This document shows, piece after piece, positions 1 to 6,114 of a stretch of 8,091 nucleotides of DNA. Numbering within the stretch: position 1 is the first letter of the stretch; every line of letters begins with the position of its first letter. Location: positions 1 through 8,091 of the forward strand of contig DGGR01000042.1 of the NCBI GenBank assembly GCA_002392285.1, given 5' to 3'. A model generated the notes under the pieces. That model did no database searches and had not been told where the DNA came from. It saw only the letters and a list, made by a program, of their open reading frames with translations. The DNA is from Verrucomicrobia bacterium UBA3869 (GTDB lineage Bacteria > Verrucomicrobiota > Verrucomicrobiia > Opitutales > UBA9783). A program made the position numbers and the translations under genes.

Positions 1-1088
1 ATACCCTTGGTAACGGTACCCGAATACACCCTAAAGAACACCAATTTACCGATGTAAGGATCCGTCATCAATTTGAACACCAAACCAACCGGTTCATGGG
101 AATCATCAGCAATAATGCTAACTTTCTTCCCATTCTGTTCAGTTTCAATCGCTGGCAAATCTGCTGGACTTGGCAAATAATCCACGATGGAATCCAAAAC
201 CATCTGAATTCCTTTGTTCTTAAAAGAACTTCCAGGAATAGCGCCAATAAAGCTAGATTTTAACGTTCCTTCACGAACTGCCGCCCTTAAATCATTCGCC
301 TCAATCGGTTTGCCCTCTAAATACAGTTCTGCAATTTTATCACTTACATCACTTAGAGCCTCAATCAATTCTGTACGATAGTGCTCAGCCGCTTCCTTCA
401 TTTCAGCAGGAATTTCGGTCACTTCAAAGGTCATACCTTGAGCATCCTTGTAAATATAAGCTTTTTCTTCGATCAAATCGATCAATCCGCTGAATTGCTC
501 TTCACTGCCGATATTTAAAAACAAAGGATGTACATTTGCGCCTAAGCGGGTACGAATACTCTCTAAAGCTGCTAAGTAGTCAGCTCCCGTACGGTCCATC
601 TTGTTAATGTAAACAATACGCGGAATATTGTACTTATCCATTTGGCGCCAAACAGTTTCGGATTGCGGCTGTACACCTGCAACGCCACAAAATACAGCAA
701 CGGCGCCATCCAATACACGTAAAGAACGCTCTACCTCAGCCGTAAAATCCACGTGTCCTGGCGTATCGATAATATTAATCGTATGCGGCAAATTTGCGAA
801 CAAGCCACCTTTGTTGGTCCAATTACAGCTAATAGCGGCTGACGTAATGGTAATACCACGTTCACGTTCTTGTTCCATCCAGTCAGTTGTCGCTGCACCT
901 TCATGCACCTCACCAACCTTATGAACCACACCCGAATAAAATAAAATACGTTCAGTGGTAGTTGTCTTTCCAGCATCAATATGCGCCGCAATACCTATAT
1001 TACGTACGTGCTGAATAGGGGTTTTCCGTTTAGAACTACTCTTATTCCCTGACGAAGCAGAATTATTAGCGCTGGGATTTAAATCCAT
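1..1088 (-). CDS. fusA: Translation elongation factor G (EF-G), N-terminal portion; 3' end lies beyond the left window edge
   Basis: Not in the ORF track (no in-window stop). Manual line-by-line reverse-complement translation from ATG at 1088..1086 gives 362 codons without a stop down to position 3. The sequence reads MDLNPSANNSASSGNKSSSKRKTPIQHVRNIGIAAHIDAGKTTTTERILFYSGVVHKVGEVHEGAATTDWMEQERERGITITSAA...INIIDTPGHVDFTAEVERSLRVLDGAVAVF...QPQSETVWRQMDKYNIPRIVYINKMDRTGAD...FKLMTDPYIGKLVFFRVYSGTVTKG. GTPase motifs G1 AHIDAGKT, G2 RGITI, G3 DTPGH and G4 NKMD are present. It sits directly downstream of rpsG, as in the classical str operon. Confidence 0.95.
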   Translation of the reverse strand, partial: MDLNPSANNSASSGNKSSSKRKTPIQHVRNIGIAAHIDAGKTTTTERILFYSGVVHKVGEVHEGAATTDWMEQERERGITITSAAISCNWTNKGGLFANLPHTINIIDTPGHVDFTAEVERSLRVLDGAVAVFCGVAGVQPQSETVWRQMDKYNIPRIVYINKMDRTGADYLAALESIRTRLGANVHPLFLNIGSEEQFSGLIDLIEEKAYIYKDAQGMTFEVTEIPAEMKEAAEHYRTELIEALSDVSDKIAELYLEGKPIEANDLRAAVREGTLKSSFIGAIPGSSFKNKGIQMVLDSIVDYLPSPADLPAIETEQNGKKVSIIADDSHEPVGLVFKLMTDPYIGKLVFFRVYSGTVTKG

Positions 1089-1103
1089 AGGGGTATTCTT
1101 AAA

Positions 1104-1571
1104 TTATTTAAAAAATGCAAATGCGCGATTTGACTGTGCAATTCGATGCATTTCATCGCGTTTCTTAACTACTTCACCGACGTTGTTGTAAGCATCAACT
1201 AATTCATCCGCTAAACCATCAATCATACGACCTGCGCGCTTATTGGCCGCTAAAATAATCCAGCGAAATGCTAATCCAACCTGACGGACATAAGGAATTT
1301 CAACCGGCATCTGATAATTGGCTCCACCAACACGACGGCTTTTAACTTCTAATTTTGGACGAATATTGTCCAAAGCGGTTGAAAAAATTTCAGCTGGGTC
1401 TTCCTTATTCAACTTCTTACAAACCTGATCAATAGCACCGTATACGATACGACGCGCCAATGATTTTTTACCACAACGCATCACCCGATTGGTCAATTGT
1501 TCAATCAATACATTGTTATAACGAGGATCACCGCTAACAGGCTTCCGTACTGCTCTTCTACGACGTGACAT
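1104..1571 (-). CDS. rpsG: 30S ribosomal protein S7 (uS7)
   Basis: 155-aa ORF from the track. uS7 hallmarks present: MSRRRR... N-terminus, CGKKSLA, LEVKSRRVGGANYQMPVEI, AFRWII.AA, KKRDEMHRIAQSNRAFA. It starts 6 nt after the rpsL stop and lies between rpsL and fusA. Confidence 0.97.
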   Translation of the reverse strand: MSRRRRAVRKPVSGDPRYNNVLIEQLTNRVMRCGKKSLARRIVYGAIDQVCKKLNKEDPAEIFSTALDNIRPKLEVKSRRVGGANYQMPVEIPYVRQVGLAFRWIILAANKRAGRMIDGLADELVDAYNNVGEVVKKRDEMHRIAQSNRAFAFFK

Positions 1572-1577
1572 ACTTAA

Positions 1578-1955
1578 TTATTTACCTTTAGGACGAGGAA
1601 CTCCATATTTTGACCGACTGCGTCTACGTTTCTCAACCCCTTGAGTATCTAACGTACCACGCACTATATGGTATCGAACACCGGGAAGATCTGGAACAGC
1701 CCCTCCACGAACTAAAACAATGCTATGCTCTTGAAGATTATGGCCTTCATCCGGAATATAAGCAATCAACTCATATCCATTGGTTAACCGAACCTTCGCT
1801 ACCTTACGTACAGCCGAATTAGGTTTTTTAGGCGTACGGGTCATAACCTGAATACATACACCACGTCTAAACGGATTTCCTCTTAACAAAGGAGCCGCGG
1901 ATTTAGCACGTGTCTTGGTACGTATTCCTTTTACTATTTGAGAAATTGTAGGCAT
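1578..1955 (-). CDS. rpsL: 30S ribosomal protein S12 (uS12)
   Basis: 125-aa ORF, colinear residue-for-residue with E. coli S12 as recalled: [57 protein letters not shown]. It has the canonical position upstream of rpsG. Confidence 0.97.
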   Translation of the reverse strand: MPTISQIVKGIRTKTRAKSAAPLLRGNPFRRGVCIQVMTRTPKKPNSAVRKVAKVRLTNGYELIAYIPDEGHNLQEHSIVLVRGGAVPDLPGVRYHIVRGTLDTQGVEKRRRSRSKYGVPRPKGK

Positions 1956-2033
1956 CTTAATTTTTTAACAATTAAATCTTGTAATAGGCACAAAACGGGA
2001 TTGCAAGTCTTTTTTGAAAAATACCTTTCATTT

Positions 2034-5000
2034 TTACGCTTCTGCTGCAACCGCATTAGGAATTTCATGAATCCGCATAGAACGGTACTTGTTTAAACCA
2101 GTTCCTGCAGGAATCAAATTACCGGTAATAACGTTCTCTTTAAAACCGCTCAAATTATCATGGCGATTCATAATAGCAGCTTCCGTTAAGATACGTGTAG
2201 TTTCTTGGAACGAAGCAGCTGATATAAAGCCTTCATTATTAAGAGCGCTCTTGGTAATACCCAACAGAACAGGTTCACTCTTAGCAGGATTACCTCCCAT
2301 TTTGATAATAGAGGCATTTGTTTCGTCAAACGTGCAACGTTCGACCAAATCTCCCAATAAAAATTCTGTATCTCCTGCATCCGTAATGCACACCTTGCTA
2401 AACATAAAGGCGATAACAATCTCCAAATGCTTATCATTAATACTTACGCCCTGTAAGTGATACACCTTTTGAATTTCGTTCAACAAATATTCTTGCGTAG
2501 CCCGAACCCCGAAAATGGATAACATTTCATGAGGATCAATAGCGCCATCGGTTAAACATTGTCCTTTTTTAACAAAGTCGCCTTCTTGAACAAAAAGCTG
2601 TTTATTATAAGGAATCAAATGCGTTTCAACCGCTTGAGTCGCTGGATTCGTAATTAATAAACGTTTCTTGTTACGCACGACCCCATCGAACGATACTATA
2701 CCTTCCGAACGCGCCATAATGGCTGCATCTTTAGGCGTACGTATTTCAAAGAGTTCCGTAATACGAGGCAAACCACCGGTAATATCCTGAGTTTTAATGG
2801 ATAAACGTGGGGTTTTAGCGATCAACGCACCCAACACCAAGCGATCGCCATCATTAACCATCAATTGGCTACCGACCGGAATGGGATAACTGCCCAACAA
2901 AGTGCCCTGTTTATCTACTATCTCAATCGAAGGATTCAAATCATTCGGATGCTCAATAATCACGCGAACATTTTCACCCTCCTGCCCATAAGAGAAGGTA
3001 ATTCCTTTATAAAGGTCTTTGTAACGTACAATACCGGCTTGATCGGCCAAAATCGGAATATGGTTTGCATCCCACATGACCAATACATCTCCGGCCTTAA
3101 CCAGATCTCCATCAGCAACCATCAACACAGAACCTATCTGTACATGGAACGTTTCGAGCTTTGCCCCCTTATCCGATAAGATATGGATAATACCCGTTTT
3201 ATTAATCGCCACCGAGGTGTTTTGGGTACGGATGCAACGAACATCCTCATACTTTACACGCCCAGCACATTTCGCGCGATATTCCGAATTGGTAGCATGG
3301 CTTGCGACACCACCAGAGTGGAAGGTCCACAATGTTAACTGCGTACCTGGTTCACCAATGGATTGTGCAGCAATAATTCCTACTGGCACACCTTCCGCAA
3401 CCAAATCATGTGTAGATAAATCGTCTCCATAAGCCTCAGGCGGAATAGCGTAATGATCCATGTGAGTTAAAGGCGATACAATCTTAACCTTATCAATACC
3501 CAAGGCTGTAATTTCCTTAGCCTGGGACTCAGTAATCTTATCCCCTTGGTGAATAATAACGCGCTTTGGATCATTCGGATCAGCAATGTTATCGCAAGCA
3601 TAACGGCCGATAATACGCTCAGCCAATGATACCATTTCCTCATCCCCGTTATAAATCGCTTGTTTGGTAATTCCCTTACTATAATCAATAGGGTTACTGG
3701 TCTTATTAATGATACAGTTCATTGCAACATCAATAAGCTTACGGGTTAAGTATCCTGCGTCTGCTGTACGCAAAGCGGTATCTGCCATACCCTTACGAGC
3801 ACCGTGCGCTGATGTAAAGTATTCCAGCGGATTTAACCCTTCACGGAAGGAGGATAAAATAGGATATTCAATAATTTCTCCGGAAGGCTTAGCCATCAAA
3901 CCACGCATTCCGCATAGCTGACGTACCTGTTGCTTATTACCACGAGCTCCAGAGTCCATCATAACAAACAATGGATTTAAGGCACCCTCCTGATGTTTTT
4001 CAAGGTTTTTGAATACAACACTTGCGACCGCATCAGTTGCTTCTGACCAAATAGAAATCACCCTACTATAACGCTCTTTATCCGTAATAATTCCGCGTTC
4101 AAATTGCGATTGGATCGTTTTAATTTTTTCCAGATTTTCCTCGATAATAGCAGCTTTTTTATCAGAAATTGCCATATCATCGATACCAATGGATACACCC
4201 ATGCGAGTTGCCATTGTAAATCCTAACTGCTTTAAAGCATCCAAATGCGTAACAGAACTTTGAGCATCCGTAAACCGATAGCTTTCATTAATCAACTTGG
4301 AAAGTTTATCCTTATTGACCACGTCATTAATGAAACCCATGCCTTTCGGCCAAATTTCATTGAATATAATACGCCCAATAGTTGTACGGATGTATTTATC
4401 GGACGATACCCCAAATGGAGTTTCTTTCTGATAATCCGGGTTGGGAATATCTACCCAATCATGCAAGGTCAAGATGCGGCACAGTTCCAAGCGTTTTGCT
4501 TCAGCAAGGTCATTCACCAACGGAACCACCTTATCAGCAGCAGGTTTATCAATCGGCGCAGCTGTTAATACATAGTTTCCTAAAACAACGTCCTGAGAAG
4601 GCATCAAAATAGGCTTACCATTGGCGGGCGAAAAAATGTTATTGGTGGATAACATCAACATATACGCTTCCAATACCGCTTCTGTGGATAAGGGTACGTG
4701 TACACCCATCTGGTCTCCATCGAAGTCTGCATTAAAGCCTCCACACACTAACGGATGCAACTGAATAGCATCACTTTCAATCAAAAGAGGTTCAAAAGCC
4801 TGAATCGACAAACGGTGCAAAGTTGGAGCACGGTTTAACAAAATGGGATGCTCGCGCACCACATCTGCTAAAATATCCCATACTTCCGGCTGCTCATTTT
4901 TGATCATTTTGCGAGCAACACGAACCGTACTGGCGAACCCAAGTTCTTTCAGACGACAAATTACGAATGGTTCGAACAAAACCAACGCCATTTTCTTAGG

Positions 5001-6110
5001 CAATCCGCATTGATTAATCTTAAGCTCTGGCCCGACAACGATTACAGAACGTCCACTATAGTCAACACGCTTACCCAATAGGTTTTGACGGAAACGACCA
5101 TTCTTACCCTTTAACATATCGGTTAACGACTTCAAGGGACGTTTGGTCGAATTGACTGCTGGACGCGTACCACAGCTGCCGTTGGCGAATAATGCATCGA
5201 CAGCCTCCTGCAACATACGCTTTTCGTTGTAAATAATGATATTTGGGGTTTTTAAGCTTAAAAGACCCTTTAAGCGGTTATTACGGTTGATAACGCGGCG
5301 ATAAAGATCATTTAAATCGCTGGTTGCAAAGCGCCCACCCTCTAATGGTACCAATGGACGTAAATCAGGCGGTATAACCGGAAGTACATCGAGCACCATC
5401 CAATCTGGAGAGACTTTAGAATTGGCAAAATTATTCAACAGCATTAAACGATTGGCTAACTTTCTACGGACCTGCTGCGAATTACTATTCGCCATGCTCA
5501 TGCGAACGGCTTCAATCTCTTGTGCTAAATCTAGATTTTTTAAAAGCGTTTTAATAGCGGATCCACCGATATCAGCAACAAACGAATCAAACCCATGCTC
5601 ATTACGGGCATCATTCAATTCTTGCTCGGACAAAATCTGCTTGTTTGTCAAAGGAGTTACCCCAGGATCGGTTACCACATAGCTTTCGTAATAAGCAATC
5701 CGTTCAACATCCTTCAACGGCAACTCTAACAATGCACCGATAGCTTTGAAGAACAAAATATGAACAACAGGAGCGGTAAGCTCAATATGACCCATGCGTT
5801 CACGACGAACCGATGCCTGAGTTACCTCAACCCCACATCGCTCACAAAACACACCTTTGTACTTAATGCGTTTATACTTTCCGCAGGCGCACTCATAATC
5901 AACGATAGGACCGAATACTTTTTGGCAAAACAAGCCATCTGGTTCAGGCTTATACGTACGATAGTTAATGGTTTCCGGGCTTCGAACTTCCCCATGCGAC
6001 CATTGGCGAATTACATCGGGAGATGCAATTTTAATATCAATTTCGTTAAACGCTGGTTCTTCTTCAAAACCTAGAACCCCACGTATCTCCTCGTTATCAG
6101 CTTCTGACAT
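2034..6110 (-). CDS. rpoC: DNA-directed RNA polymerase subunit beta-prime
   Basis: 1358-aa ORF. Contains the N-terminal zinc ribbon CxC...CxxC, the clamp motif [22 protein letters not shown], switch-2 region [16 protein letters not shown], catalytic NADFDGDQM, bridge helix [27 protein letters not shown], trigger-loop arms [20 protein letters not shown] and DITGGLPR, and C-terminal [18 protein letters not shown] and LIPAGTG. ATG lies 4 nt after the rpoB stop. Confidence 0.98.
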   Translation of the reverse strand: MSEADNEEIRGVLGFEEEPAFNEIDIKIASPDVIRQWSHGEVRSPETINYRTYKPEPDGLFCQKVFGPIVDYECACGKYKRIKYKGVFCERCGVEVTQASVRRERMGHIELTAPVVHILFFKAIGALLELPLKDVERIAYYESYVVTDPGVTPLTNKQILSEQELNDARNEHGFDSFVADIGGSAIKTLLKNLDLAQEIEAVRMSMANSNSQQVRRKLANRLMLLNNFANSKVSPDWMVLDVLPVIPPDLRPLVPLEGGRFATSDLNDLYRRVINRNNRLKGLLSLKTPNIIIYNEKRMLQEAVDALFANGSCGTRPAVNSTKRPLKSLTDMLKGKNGRFRQNLLGKRVDYSGRSVIVVGPELKINQCGLPKKMALVLFEPFVICRLKELGFASTVRVARKMIKNEQPEVWDILADVVREHPILLNRAPTLHRLSIQAFEPLLIESDAIQLHPLVCGGFNADFDGDQMGVHVPLSTEAVLEAYMLMLSTNNIFSPANGKPILMPSQDVVLGNYVLTAAPIDKPAADKVVPLVNDLAEAKRLELCRILTLHDWVDIPNPDYQKETPFGVSSDKYIRTTIGRIIFNEIWPKGMGFINDVVNKDKLSKLINESYRFTDAQSSVTHLDALKQLGFTMATRMGVSIGIDDMAISDKKAAIIEENLEKIKTIQSQFERGIITDKERYSRVISIWSEATDAVASVVFKNLEKHQEGALNPLFVMMDSGARGNKQQVRQLCGMRGLMAKPSGEIIEYPILSSFREGLNPLEYFTSAHGARKGMADTALRTADAGYLTRKLIDVAMNCIINKTSNPIDYSKGITKQAIYNGDEEMVSLAERIIGRYACDNIADPNDPKRVIIHQGDKITESQAKEITALGIDKVKIVSPLTHMDHYAIPPEAYGDDLSTHDLVAEGVPVGIIAAQSIGEPGTQLTLWTFHSGGVASHATNSEYRAKCAGRVKYEDVRCIRTQNTSVAINKTGIIHILSDKGAKLETFHVQIGSVLMVADGDLVKAGDVLVMWDANHIPILADQAGIVRYKDLYKGITFSYGQEGENVRVIIEHPNDLNPSIEIVDKQGTLLGSYPIPVGSQLMVNDGDRLVLGALIAKTPRLSIKTQDITGGLPRITELFEIRTPKDAAIMARSEGIVSFDGVVRNKKRLLITNPATQAVETHLIPYNKQLFVQEGDFVKKGQCLTDGAIDPHEMLSIFGVRATQEYLLNEIQKVYHLQGVSINDKHLEIVIAFMFSKVCITDAGDTEFLLGDLVERCTFDETNASIIKMGGNPAKSEPVLLGITKSALNNEGFISAASFQETTRILTEAAIMNRHDNLSGFKENVITGNLIPAGTGLNKYRSMRIHEIPNAVAAEA
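2787..3308 (-). other. SI3-type lineage-specific insertion inside the beta-prime trigger loop (about 174 residues between TFHSGG and DITGGLPR)
   Basis: The two trigger-loop arms are about 7 residues apart in Thermus and Bacillus type enzymes and about 190 apart in E. coli. Here they are separated by residues 935-1108. Sequence similarity to E. coli SI3 itself is weak by eye, so the call rests on position and length. Confidence 0.6.
4707..4733 (-). other. Beta-prime catalytic Mg2+-binding motif NADFDGDQM (residues 460-468)
   Basis: Reverse complement reads AAT GCA GAC TTC GAT GGA GAC CAG ATG, in frame with rpoC. This is the universally conserved active-site aspartate triad. Confidence 0.97.
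5835..5891 (-). other. Beta-prime N-terminal zinc ribbon (Zn1): C74, C76, C89, C92 intact
   Basis: [22 protein letters not shown]; codons TGC-GCC-TGC verified at 5883..5891. Matches the E. coli C70/C72/C85/C88 pattern. Confidence 0.85.
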
Positions 6111-6114
6111 CCCA

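Noticed and set aside
628-991. Track ORFs 628..924 (+) and 731..991 (-) in the region where the track shows no long gene
   Set aside because: The region is fully explained by fusA. The 731..991 minus ORF is in a different frame from fusA (offset 97 nt from the fusA ATG). Both translations are Cys/Arg/Leu-rich nonsense, whereas the fusA frame gives perfect G-domain motifs.
1-1088. Possibility that fusA is a pseudogene because it is absent from the ORF track
   Set aside because: A line-by-line manual translation shows no stop or frameshift across all 362 codons. The omission is explained by the ORF running off the window without a stop codon.
1086-1106. rpsG and fusA are in the same reading frame, separated by TAA plus five sense codons, raising the idea of an S7-EF-G read-through fusion
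   Set aside because: There is no read-through-promoting context or structure. TAA is the strongest stop, and same-frame adjacency occurs by chance one time in three.
1610-1822. Plus-strand 70-aa ORF antisense to rpsL
   Set aside because: Entirely inside the conserved rpsL CDS, with no supporting features.
1978-2006. Candidate sigma70-type promoter TTGCAA-17 nt-TACAAG upstream of rpsL
   Set aside because: It matches only 4/6 in each hexamer, the invariant last T of the -10 is missing, and such matches are expected by chance in AT-rich spacer. That is too weak to annotate.
2015-2030. Small hairpin (TGAAA / loop / TTTCA) just after the rpoC stop as a rho-independent terminator
   Set aside because: It has only 5 bp, is almost all A-T, and is followed on the transcript by A's rather than a U-run. 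That is not credible as an intrinsic terminator.
2034-6110. Genetic-code reassignment or RNA editing as the explanation for the many conserved-Arg replacements in beta-prime
   Set aside because: The replacement codons are heterogeneous, not one recurring codon. Standard CGT, CGC, CGG, CGA and AGG codons sit at other conserved Arg positions in rpoC, rpoB, rpsL and fusA. TGG also encodes conserved Trp elsewhere (e.g. DWMEQE in EF-G).
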